Shown one piece after another: positions 47,572 to 56,897 of a DNA stretch of 64,000 nucleotides (its first letter is position 1; each line of letters opens with the position of its first letter). A model generated the notes under the pieces. That model made no database searches and was not told the origin of the DNA. It saw only the letters and a list, made by a program, of their open reading frames with translations. Both the position numbers and the translations under genes were made by a program. The DNA lies in the NCBI GenBank assembly GCA_963675595.2, contig CAXXLZ010000002.1, positions 3,744,001 to 3,808,000 on the forward strand. Direction: 5' to 3'. This stretch comes from Thermodesulfobacteriota bacterium. GTDB lineage: Bacteria; Desulfobacterota; Desulfarculia; JACQYL01.

Positions 47572-48465
47572 CTATGAAGTTCGTTGAAGATAATATTTGG
47601 CCGCTTTGTTTCCGGGATGAATGGAAAGCGTCTTCTTCCAATATTTCGCGGCTTCTTCGCGTTTACCGGCCTTGAAGGCTTCGAAGGCCAGAATGTTGTA
47701 CGTTTTCGCCAGGTTGAGGATGGTTTCCTGGTCTTTGGGGTTGATGGAAAGGGCTTGATTCCAGAGTTCCAGAGCTTTGGGCGTGTCCCCATGATTGTAG
47801 TAAATCCACCCCATGGAGTTCAATGCTTTCGTATGCCGGGGGTTCAGTTCCAGCGTCTTTCGGTACTCGAGGAGGGCGTTGTGCACGAGCCCGGCCTGGT
47901 CGAAGGCGCGGGCCAGCCGAAAGCGCGTGTCCGCCTCGTCCGCCGCGGCGTCCCTGGCTTTCTTCAAGTAGTCGATGGCCTGAATCGGATTATGCCGGAA
48001 AGCGTATACGGTCCCCATGTAATGGTAGGCGTCGGCGCGGTTGGGGTCCAATCGGGCCGCTTCTTCCAGAATCTTGAGGGCGTTTTCCAGATCGAAATCC
48101 CAAAGGTCGAGAAGACCCAGCCAAAGTCGGGCTTCGACGTTTTCCGGTTCGGCTTGGACGGCCTTTTTCAGCAAGGTGCGGGCTTCTTGGGTTTTTTCCC
48201 GCTTGACGTTGAGAATCCCCAGGAAGGTCAGAGCCGTGGGATTTTCGGGTTCCACCGCGAGCACCTTTTCAAAAGCCCGGGCGGCGGCTTCCACGTCCCC
48301 CCGATAGTTCAGGTCCATGGCCTGGAACAGGAGTTCCTCGACCCCTTGGGCCGAAGCGGGACCCATGGAGAATGCAAGCGCCAAGAAGACGATTCCGGCG
48401 ACGACCCACGGACGCGGGAAGGCCCTATTTGCCGGACATGCGCAGGATGGATTGGAAGGCCACAT
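47572..48465 (-). CDS. Exported TPR repeat protein
   Basis: About seven TPR units after a signal-like segment. Confidence 0.88.
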   Translation of the reverse strand: MWPSNPSCACPANRAFPRPWVVAGIVFLALAFSMGPASAQGVEELLFQAMDLNYRGDVEAAARAFEKVLAVEPENPTALTFLGILNVKREKTQEARTLLKKAVQAEPENVEARLWLGLLDLWDFDLENALKILEEAARLDPNRADAYHYMGTVYAFRHNPIQAIDYLKKARDAAADEADTRFRLARAFDQAGLVHNALLEYRKTLELNPRHTKALNSMGWIYYNHGDTPKALELWNQALSINPKDQETILNLAKTYNILAFEAFKAGKREEAAKYWKKTLSIHPGNKAAKYYLQRTS

Positions 48466-49564
48466 TGGAAAGCTCCTCCTGGAAGCGCTCCTGAGTCAAG
48501 AGTTCTTCTTCCGAGGGATTGGAGATAAACCCCGACTCGACGAGAAGCGAAGGCATTCTCGCCTCCCGGAGCACGTAGAAGTTGGCATATTTGACCCCCC
48601 GGTCATGCAGCCCCGTATCCGGCCCGAACTTGCCCTGAAATCGATGGGCGAGATGCTTGCTGTCCTCCCAGTAAAGTTTTCGTTCCACCTGGAAGAGGAT
48701 GGCCTCGACATCCAGGAAGCCGGGCTTGGTTTCCTTGTCTTGATCGAATCGGATCACGGAGTTTTCGTATTCGGCAAGTTTGGCCGCTTCCTTGTCGCTG
48801 GCGGTTTCGGAACAGTAAAAGGTCTCCGACCCTTTGGCCTTGGGGTTCCCGGCGGCGTTCACATGGAAACTGACGAATAGGTCCGCCTTGCGTTGGTTGG
48901 CCGTGGCCGTGCGTTCTCCCAGGGAGACGTAATAGTCGTCCTCCCGGGTCGCGAAAACTCGGAATTTTCCGGATCGATCCAGTTTTTCCTTCAGCCGCCG
49001 TACCAGACTCAAAGTCACGTCCTTTTCCTTCAACCCGGTTTTGCCCACGGCTCCGGGATCGAAGCCTCCATGACCCGGGTCCAGGACGATGCGTTCCACC
49101 TGAAAGTCCAACGTCTTGCCGGCGGATTGAAGCCGTTCCCGGAAAAGCTGCTCCTCTTCAACGGCGCGACGTTCCAGGTCGGGGAACGTCTTGTCGGGCT
49201 TCCTGCGTTCCACCGGTTTCACTCGGATCATGTCGATATGCATGCGAGAGAAAGTGTCTTCGGGATTAAGCCGCACGGCTTCTTTGAATTCCTCGAGTGC
49301 CTCGGAGTACATGCCGGCACCGAAATAAGCTCTCCCCAGCAGGCCGTGGAGCCAATCGCTTTTGGGATCGAGGGGCACCGCGGAACGCAGGATGGGGATG
49401 GCTTCCCGGTACTTCTTCGAATTGATCAGATTCTGAGCCTGGATGCCCATGGAGAAGGGGTCCTCGGCTCGGGCGAACCCCGACATGCCGGGCGGAAGCA
49501 AGGCCGCTCCCAGCCCCAAAGAGGTCAGGCGTCCCAAACGGGCGAGGAACTCGCGCCGTCTCAT
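48425..49564 (-). CDS. Tat-exported TPR + N-acetylmuramoyl-L-alanine amidase (Amidase_3)
   Basis: RRREFL Tat motif; LDPGHGG..EK, SFHVNA, FYVLR..PSLLVESGF. Confidence 0.93.
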   Translation of the reverse strand: MRRREFLARLGRLTSLGLGAALLPPGMSGFARAEDPFSMGIQAQNLINSKKYREAIPILRSAVPLDPKSDWLHGLLGRAYFGAGMYSEALEEFKEAVRLNPEDTFSRMHIDMIRVKPVERRKPDKTFPDLERRAVEEEQLFRERLQSAGKTLDFQVERIVLDPGHGGFDPGAVGKTGLKEKDVTLSLVRRLKEKLDRSGKFRVFATREDDYYVSLGERTATANQRKADLFVSFHVNAAGNPKAKGSETFYCSETASDKEAAKLAEYENSVIRFDQDKETKPGFLDVEAILFQVERKLYWEDSKHLAHRFQGKFGPDTGLHDRGVKYANFYVLREARMPSLLVESGFISNPSEEELLTQERFQEELSNVAFQSILRMSGK

Positions 49565-49577
49565 CGTTTTCCCATTC

Positions 49578-52394
49578 CTATTGAAACGTATAGGAGAATG
49601 CATTGGGCTCCGGCTCTTTCAAATAGGGGTCGACCTCAAGATTGCCCAAGAAAAGATTCGGGTTGGGAGGGTCGCTTCCCCACCAGTTGGATCGGATGTC
49701 CAAAGTGATTGTGGAAAAACTTTGAATGGCGAAAGGGTTATCCAGAAAGTTGTTGTTCTTGATGCGGGGATTGCACATGCCGAAGCATTCGATGGCCGCG
49801 GTGCCGCTGTTTTTCAGAAAAGTGCTGTTGACGATATTGGGTCGGGAATCATTGCGGCAAATGATTCCGCTCTGCTTATTGAAACCGATGAAGCTGTAAG
49901 TAATGTCCGGCCTGCCGTAGAATACGTCCAAAGGGGTGTCCGCATGGGCGAACACGCAGTAGGCGAAAAAGCTTTCTTCTCGTTTTCCCAAGAAATCCTT
50001 CACTTTTTCGGTGATTTTCTCGGTGAAGCCCATTCCTTTCTTCTTGGACTCCACAAAACGCACGGCGCTGGTGTAATCACCGGGGCCGGGCGAGGAGCTG
50101 CCGGATACGAAAAGAATGGGATCGTCGGGAAGCCCCCGAGCGTGAATGCCTCCGTCCTTCACCGTGATGACGGAATTGCGGGTTCGGTATTTTAAGGTCA
50201 CTCCGGGTTCGACGAACAGGACGGCTCCATCGACAATGGACACTTCTCCCGCGACGGTATAGGGGCTCCTGCTTTTGATCAGGAAAGCATCCTGGTTGAT
50301 TTCTCTCGGGAGCTTTCCGTCCAGGATGTTCAGCGCCAAGGGTTTTCCTTCGGGATAGGGGGCGTCCAGCACGGGGTTGAAATCGACACGCCCCTGGATT
50401 CGATTGGGCAGTTCCTCGACCTTGATCGGGCCCCAATAGTTGTTTGCCGCGGATATCGTTTGTCCGCCTTCCCGGTTCATCAGATCGAACGGGCCGTTGT
50501 CGTGGATCTCGTTTTCCACCACCAACGGATCGGAATCGTGAAAGAAGAGCCCTCCCTGTTTGTTGGACACAATGACGTTCCGGGTCAATTTGGGTGACGC
50601 GGCATAGGAAGCCACTCCTTTCCCAAGGTTGTTGGATATTTGATTTTCAGAAAGAACCGGTTCGGCTCCGGAAACGATTTCCACGGCGTCTCCGGAGTTG
50701 TTGTGGAATTTGCCTCCCTCGACGGCGGGTTGGGAATGGGCTCCTTCCACGCGGAGAGCCACCTGGTTGGACGTAAATTCCACATTTTTCATGGTGACGG
50801 ATGGGGATCGCACCACCGCGCCGACCCGGGCGTTCTTAACGGTGCAGTATTCCAGGCCGGCCGGTTCTCGATTTTCAAATACGATTCCGTCCCAGGCGGC
50901 GGAGGAATCCCCCACAAAAGCGATCACCTTGCCGGCGGTTCCTTTGGCCGTTAGTCCCCCTCGGATCAGCAGGCCCGGACCCTTGCTCAAGACCATGGTG
51001 CCGGGTTCGATGGTAAGGGTCATTTCGTCGGGCACGACTACCGGACTCGAAATGACGTAGGGACCGGCCGCGGAGTACCAGGTAACGTTGTCCGACAAGG
51101 TCCCGCCGGCCGCCGTCGGCCCGGCGGGCACCCCCATTCCCCGGATCCCCCGGCCCGTGGGAGCCGCGGGACTTTCGTTGCCCGCCTTGTCCAGGGCGCT
51201 TACCTTGTAATAGTATGGTTTGTAGTTCTGCAGGCCCTTGTCGGCGGTTTCGGTGGTTTCCGTTTGCAGATGGGAATCGTAACCGGTCAAAGGCGTTTCA
51301 CTTCGATAAATCCGGTAGCCGGCCAGGTCCTCCTCCTTGTTGGGCGCCCAACTCAGGAGTACCGAGCCGTCCCTGCTGCTTTCCGTGATCCGGGTCGGGG
51401 GATCGGGGGGGGTGGTGTCGATGTTCACATATCCCAAGGCGTCGATCCATTCCGCCGTGATCCCGGATTCGCTGGTCAGGTATCCCACCAGAAGAGCGTC
51501 TTTGACGTTGTCCCCCGGACGGATTCGATATTCCCCGACATAGCTCCCCGGACTTACTTCCTTCATGCGGAGGCCTTTCTTGAACTCTCCCACGTCGAAT
51601 GAGGCTCGAAGTCCCTCGTCGCCTTCCATGGCGACCTTGAGGACGTCTCCGGCCTTCTTGGTGGTGAACGCGCCGTCCTGAGCCAATATCCGGATCGTAG
51701 GCGGCGTCTCGACTTCGGCCAGGGAGGGACGAGGAATCGCTTTGACCATGTCGCGGAATAGGTCGTCGCTGGTGCGATAGAGGTTGATGGTGCGCAGGTT
51801 GTAGGCCGTGGAAATGGCCGTCAGAATCAGCCCGACGGGCGTGGTGGCGAAGCCCGCGGTGGGAGTATGCGCCACATGCTCTCCGGACCAAAGAAGTTCC
51901 CCGGTTCGGGAATCCATCATGCGGAGTTTGGCGCCCACCTGGACGTCGGACACCAAGACGGCGTAAATGCGATCGTAGTGGGTAATGGTTCCGTAGATGA
52001 CCGCATCCGTTCCCAAAATGGCGCCCACCTGTTGGGGACTCATTTTGCCTACCGCCGTGGGGTCCACGACACCTTTGGCTCGGAGTCGAGAGTCGACGAT
52101 ATGCAGCTCCGAATCCGTGTAGGGCAGTGAGCTGAAATGATTATAGAAGCAACGGCGCACCACTTCCGGAGCTTCCTCCTTGCCGCTTTCGTTGAGAAAG
52201 GGAAGAATCGCCACGGACCGGGGTTTGGTCTTTTCGTAGGCCTCGGTGGTTTCGTATTGTCCTTTAAAGAGGATGTCGACTTTTTGAGCGACCGAGGTTC
52301 CCGTGGGACCCGTGCTCACCGTGGAACATGAAGTCAGGAACAGCAGAAGCGCCGGCCACAGCCCGGCCTTCAAACGAAGTGCGGCGGTTCTCAT
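49578..52394 (-). CDS. GNA1162/DUF799-like lipoprotein fused to FN3 and right-handed beta-helix domains
   Basis: Lipobox LTSC; PRSVAILPF; DTTPP..LSW..DLAGYRIYRS..YYYKVSALDKAGNES; Asn-ladder repeats with NNYWG/SNWWG. Confidence 0.82.
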   Translation of the reverse strand: MRTAALRLKAGLWPALLLFLTSCSTVSTGPTGTSVAQKVDILFKGQYETTEAYEKTKPRSVAILPFLNESGKEEAPEVVRRCFYNHFSSLPYTDSELHIVDSRLRAKGVVDPTAVGKMSPQQVGAILGTDAVIYGTITHYDRIYAVLVSDVQVGAKLRMMDSRTGELLWSGEHVAHTPTAGFATTPVGLILTAISTAYNLRTINLYRTSDDLFRDMVKAIPRPSLAEVETPPTIRILAQDGAFTTKKAGDVLKVAMEGDEGLRASFDVGEFKKGLRMKEVSPGSYVGEYRIRPGDNVKDALLVGYLTSESGITAEWIDALGYVNIDTTPPDPPTRITESSRDGSVLLSWAPNKEEDLAGYRIYRSETPLTGYDSHLQTETTETADKGLQNYKPYYYKVSALDKAGNESPAAPTGRGIRGMGVPAGPTAAGGTLSDNVTWYSAAGPYVISSPVVVPDEMTLTIEPGTMVLSKGPGLLIRGGLTAKGTAGKVIAFVGDSSAAWDGIVFENREPAGLEYCTVKNARVGAVVRSPSVTMKNVEFTSNQVALRVEGAHSQPAVEGGKFHNNSGDAVEIVSGAEPVLSENQISNNLGKGVASYAASPKLTRNVIVSNKQGGLFFHDSDPLVVENEIHDNGPFDLMNREGGQTISAANNYWGPIKVEELPNRIQGRVDFNPVLDAPYPEGKPLALNILDGKLPREINQDAFLIKSRSPYTVAGEVSIVDGAVLFVEPGVTLKYRTRNSVITVKDGGIHARGLPDDPILFVSGSSSPGPGDYTSAVRFVESKKKGMGFTEKITEKVKDFLGKREESFFAYCVFAHADTPLDVFYGRPDITYSFIGFNKQSGIICRNDSRPNIVNSTFLKNSGTAAIECFGMCNPRIKNNNFLDNPFAIQSFSTITLDIRSNWWGSDPPNPNLFLGNLEVDPYLKEPEPNAFSYTFQ

Positions 52395-52436
52395 CTCAGG
52401 TCCCCTCCCCTTGCTTGTCCGTTGCAGGTCACCGGG

Positions 52437-54146
52437 TCACTTGGCGCGGGAAAGTCTCACCCTTCCATAGTAATGGCGAAGAATGGCGTCGTAGGAATGG
52501 CCCTCAAGGGCCATTTCGTAGGCTCCCCACTGACTCATGCCTACCCCGTGACCATAACCTTTCCCATTCAGAATGATACGGGACTTGTCCCGCTTCATCT
52601 TGAACCAAGTGCTTCTAATCTTGGTGGCGCCGACCTTGATGCGAAACTGGTTGCCGGACAAACGCAGTTCTCCCTTTTCATGAATAATGCGCAATTCCAT
52701 AACCCTGCCGGATTCGTCGAACTCCGTCGCCTCGATTTTCGAGATGCCGCCCAAGTCGTAGCCTTGACCGTTGAGTCGACTCCGAATCCAGTCGAGCTCC
52801 AAACGGTTTTCCCATACGTGATTGGGAGCCTTGACGCTGTATGGATCGTCCACTCCCGTCAGATAGGGCACGTCGGCGAACCAAACGGAGCCTGCATCCG
52901 TGGTTCTTCCCCCGCTGTTGGAGTGGAAGTAGGCCATAATCGGTTTTCCGGAGTAAGTGAGCACCTGCCCCGCAGTCTCGTCCACCGCCGCGTTGGATCG
53001 GGCGTGTTCCACTCCTGCTCCGCCGTACACTTGGCTCATGGTGGTGCTCACCACGTCATAAGGGCGGTCTTCTCCCTTCATGATCATGAAAAGCGCATAG
53101 GTCCGGGCTGCGACCGCTTGTGCCTTTAGAGCCTCCATGGGCCATTCGGGAGCCACTTCCTTGGGCACGACGCCGTAGAGATAGTGTTCGAGAGGAAGCA
53201 CATTAACCACCTGGAGTTGACCGGAAGCGTTCCGGCTGACGACGAGTTCTCCTCGGAATGCTCTCTTCCCGCAATGAATGACTCCGCCCGCTTCGGTGGT
53301 GAGTCGCAGGGAATTTCCCGTGAAACGCGTTCCGCGCACGGACAGAGCCCCGTTTTGAGGTTCGATCACCACTGCTCCGGCCTTCGGTATGGAGTACTTC
53401 TTCTTGGGGTTGAATGCGTCCCATACGGTCAGGGCGCCGGAGGCTCCGACTTTGAGCAGCGGACGGTCGTCGTCGACCAGCACTCGAATGATCGGATTCC
53501 TGGGAAGTTCCAAGCGCGTTACCATGGGACCTTCAGGCGGCGAGGGTACGGAAGGAGCGACTGTGGGAGTTGAGGGCTTGGGCGTGTCGGGGGGGAGCGC
53601 GGCGATTGAGGTGTTCTTGTCCGGCGAGGTCGACGGTTCCGGAGTCATTTCCGAAGGGAGAGGGGCCTGCCGGCACTTCTCCGCCATGAACTGCGCCGTG
53701 TCCCTCCGACTGCCCATGGGAAACCGTTTCAAGTATTCTTCAAAGAAACTCGCAGCCCTGCGAGGTTGGTTCTGCTCGAAAAGAATCATGCCCACGTTGA
53801 AGTACGCGTTGGCCGTTTCCCTGAGCCCGCCGTATTGGTCTATGGCCTGCCGGTAGACCACGAGAGCGCGTGGATGGTCGTCGAGAAAATAACTATAGAT
53901 GTCACCCATATGCACCAGAGCTTGGGCCCGGGTTTCGGGTTGGGCGCCTCGATGGGCCAGTTCCCGGAAAGCTCCGATAGCTTCCAGGTACCCGCCGCCT
54001 CGAAGAAAACGGATGGCGGATTCAAGTCCTTCACGGTCCGTGTTTGCGGACAAGGTGGGGCCGTCCGCGGACACGAGGAAGAAGATCGCCGCGAGAAGAG
54101 AAAGAGTGAGTTTGCGTCGGGTGCGCAAAGTACTAAGGCACGACAA
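52437..54146 (-). CDS. TPR + SpoIID/LytB lytic transglycosylase-family protein
   Basis: EHYLYGVVPKE, EALKAQAVAARTYA, YFHSNSGG, GHGVGMSQWGA. Confidence 0.93.
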   Translation of the reverse strand: MSCLSTLRTRRKLTLSLLAAIFFLVSADGPTLSANTDREGLESAIRFLRGGGYLEAIGAFRELAHRGAQPETRAQALVHMGDIYSYFLDDHPRALVVYRQAIDQYGGLRETANAYFNVGMILFEQNQPRRAASFFEEYLKRFPMGSRRDTAQFMAEKCRQAPLPSEMTPEPSTSPDKNTSIAALPPDTPKPSTPTVAPSVPSPPEGPMVTRLELPRNPIIRVLVDDDRPLLKVGASGALTVWDAFNPKKKYSIPKAGAVVIEPQNGALSVRGTRFTGNSLRLTTEAGGVIHCGKRAFRGELVVSRNASGQLQVVNVLPLEHYLYGVVPKEVAPEWPMEALKAQAVAARTYALFMIMKGEDRPYDVVSTTMSQVYGGAGVEHARSNAAVDETAGQVLTYSGKPIMAYFHSNSGGRTTDAGSVWFADVPYLTGVDDPYSVKAPNHVWENRLELDWIRSRLNGQGYDLGGISKIEATEFDESGRVMELRIIHEKGELRLSGNQFRIKVGATKIRSTWFKMKRDKSRIILNGKGYGHGVGMSQWGAYEMALEGHSYDAILRHYYGRVRLSRAK

Positions 54147-54164
54147 ACCGGATGGCTCCCTGTC

Positions 54165-56417
54165 TCATTTGCTTGTCATGGTGTACACACCATCCCATGA
54201 TTCACCAGGGGGGTGTTCACGATAGTGGCTGCAACGCGTCAAGTATAACTTCGACGGGCGGTCTTCGGGAAGAATTCGAAGGGTTTCCTCGAATCTTTCC
54301 GCCGCTTCGGCGAAACGCCGGGATCGATAGAGTGTCAACCCTTCATGGAAAATCGCCAACCCATGCGGTGGACTTTCGTCCGCGGGCAACCGTCCAATGA
54401 GCTCGTAAATGGTGACGGGTTCCGTTCTGCCTTTCACCCGGATGCGATCCAGCTCCCGACATAGAAATTGTTCCCGGACGCACTCATAGGTGGCTTGGCC
54501 GATGAGAATGCCCGTTCCGTACTCCTTGTTGGCGCCTTCCAGTCTCGAAGCCAGGTTGACGCTGTCCCCCATGACCGTGTAATCGAAACGTTCATCCGAA
54601 CCCATGTTGCCCACTACCATCTCACCCGTGTTGACGCCTACGCCGATCCTCAGTTTTTCGAGTCCCAATTCGGTCAAGAAAGGCACCAATTGGTCCAACG
54701 CCTGCTGCATTTCCACTGCCGTGGCGCAGGCCCTCACGGCATGGTCCTCCTGGGGCAGGGGCGCTCCCCAGATGCCCATAATAGCGTCACCGATGTATTT
54801 GTCCAGGGTTCCCTGGTACTTGAACACGATCCGGGTCATGAGAGTCAAGTAACGATTCAGGAGCAGCACTAATTCTTCCGGGGTGATTCGTTCGCTCAGG
54901 GATGTGAACCCCCTGATGTCCGAAAAGAGCACCGTCAGCTTTTTTCTTTCTCCTCCCAGTTTCAACTTGGACGGGTCTTTCAGTATTTCGTTGACCACTG
55001 CGGAAGACAGATAGTAGCCGAAGGCGTTTCTCACCTTGCGCCGTTCTTTTTCTTCCTGAAAATAGCGGACCACGGTGAGTGTCGAATAGACCAGACCGAG
55101 ATTGATGGAGGGATAGACTACACTGAGGATAATACCTCCGGAGGAGAAAGCGTACAGTGCCGACGCGGTGTATCCCCCCAGGAACGCCGCACCGCAGACG
55201 GCCCCTCCCACCGCGTTGAGACGGCAAAGGAGGAGAGCGAACCCCGGACCGATGAGGAGAATCAGGAACATATCGAACAAGGAAAGCCACTCCGGTCGAA
55301 AGAAAAAATCTTTGCTTAGAATTCCATCGATGACCGAAGCGTGGATTTCGAGCCCGGGTGTTACCGAACTGAAGGGCGTGACGCGAAGATCGTAAAGACC
55401 CGCGGCCGTGGCGCCCACCAGGACGATCTTATCCTTAAGAGAAATGTGGGGCGCGCCCTCCAGCACGTCCACCAGTGAAACGCGAGGAAACTCGCCTTGC
55501 GGTCCCGGGTAGGGGACGATCATTCGCCCGAGTTCATCCACCGGTATCGCAGTGTCTCCCAGTTCGAGACGTTCCACTCCATAAGATGAGATGGTCACTT
55601 TGGATGGGGTCCCTCCGAGATAAGCTTCCACCGTCTTAATGCTTAGAGGAGGAAAAAGCCGATCGGCGCACCTGAGCACCAAAGGCATCCAGCGCACGAC
55701 GCCGTCGGGATCCGGGAACACGTCGAAATAACCCGCGTATGGAGTTGCCTCGTGCAACACGGGTACGTCGGTCTCGGGCAGGTACATGGTGATCAAGGGG
55801 GCTTTTCTCGCCTCGGGTGATCGATATTTGATAAGACGATAGGCGGAACTTCGCACCAATTGCATCCGGTTGTCCCGTTCAGCCTGCTCGAGATGCGATA
55901 CCCACCGGTCAACGGGATGAAAGAAGTACCCAAGAATCACTTTCACTTGGGCGTTCGCAACGGCGAGTGCGAAATCCCGATCGGGGTCTAGGTTCCGGAC
56001 GGTTTCGTCGGCCGCCTCCAGAATTTCGGAGTTCAAGAGCCCTTTCTGTTCCAGCGTCTCCAGGAATCCCACAATGGCGGAGGCTCCGGAAGCGGGGTCC
56101 GGTTCGAAAAAACCCACGTCGAAAGCGGCCACTTTGACCCCTTCCTGATCCAGGCGTTCTACAAAACGCGCAAATACGCTGCGGGGCCACGGCCATGTTC
56201 CAATACGGTCGAGGCTTCGTTCGTCGATGGTGACAAGCACCGTATTGCCGGTGACGGGTTTGGAGCCTCGATAAAGGAATCGGAGGTCCAAGGACTTGGA
56301 TTCAAGTGTTTCCGTAAAAGCGGGCTTGGTCAGATACAATAAGAGTGTAAGGCAGGTAAGCCCCAGGCTGATCAAAAGGAATTGGAGCCATCTTCTGCGT
56401 AACACGAAAGGGTGCAT
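54165..56417 (-). CDS. CHASE2-domain class III adenylate/guanylate cyclase
   Basis: IDERSL..WPWPR, DPDGVVR, PGLEIHA; three TMs; FSDIRGFT, DKYIGDAIM, DYTVMGDSVNLASRLEG. Confidence 0.95.
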   Translation of the reverse strand: MHPFVLRRRWLQFLLISLGLTCLTLLLYLTKPAFTETLESKSLDLRFLYRGSKPVTGNTVLVTIDERSLDRIGTWPWPRSVFARFVERLDQEGVKVAAFDVGFFEPDPASGASAIVGFLETLEQKGLLNSEILEAADETVRNLDPDRDFALAVANAQVKVILGYFFHPVDRWVSHLEQAERDNRMQLVRSSAYRLIKYRSPEARKAPLITMYLPETDVPVLHEATPYAGYFDVFPDPDGVVRWMPLVLRCADRLFPPLSIKTVEAYLGGTPSKVTISSYGVERLELGDTAIPVDELGRMIVPYPGPQGEFPRVSLVDVLEGAPHISLKDKIVLVGATAAGLYDLRVTPFSSVTPGLEIHASVIDGILSKDFFFRPEWLSLFDMFLILLIGPGFALLLCRLNAVGGAVCGAAFLGGYTASALYAFSSGGIILSVVYPSINLGLVYSTLTVVRYFQEEKERRKVRNAFGYYLSSAVVNEILKDPSKLKLGGERKKLTVLFSDIRGFTSLSERITPEELVLLLNRYLTLMTRIVFKYQGTLDKYIGDAIMGIWGAPLPQEDHAVRACATAVEMQQALDQLVPFLTELGLEKLRIGVGVNTGEMVVGNMGSDERFDYTVMGDSVNLASRLEGANKEYGTGILIGQATYECVREQFLCRELDRIRVKGRTEPVTIYELIGRLPADESPPHGLAIFHEGLTLYRSRRFAEAAERFEETLRILPEDRPSKLYLTRCSHYREHPPGESWDGVYTMTSK

Positions 56418-56897
56418 GGAAGTCTCACGAGGTGGGGTCTTTGAATACCGCGTTAACGTCACTCTCTAATTCACATTCACAGGAAAGTCAATGCGGGGAG
56501 AGGCGGTTTGGGGCAATTGTCGAAGGAACGGGGGAGGATTTCAGGCCGGGCTTAACGGTCGGGTCCCAGCTACGGTGGAGGCGAGCTTTTGAGAATTACT
56601 AATAACTACTGGAGAACGAACGAAAAATACTCCCCCGTTGCTTTGACACCTTCGGAAAACACTGGTAAGGAACCTTTTTGAGGGGCCTAAGAGGAATGCA
56701 CAAGCCGGTTGCCGGAAGAACTCCGTGTTTTGAAAGCGTCTTGCCTCCCAAGAGGAAGTGCCTATCTTTTCAAAACGGCCGGCCTTGGGCCATACGAACC
56801 GGCGCGGATCGGAAAGGTATTCGCAATGTCTTGTTCGGACCACTATTGAGATTCAGGTTCTGCATCGAATCACCATCTTTCACAAGGAGGGACAACC

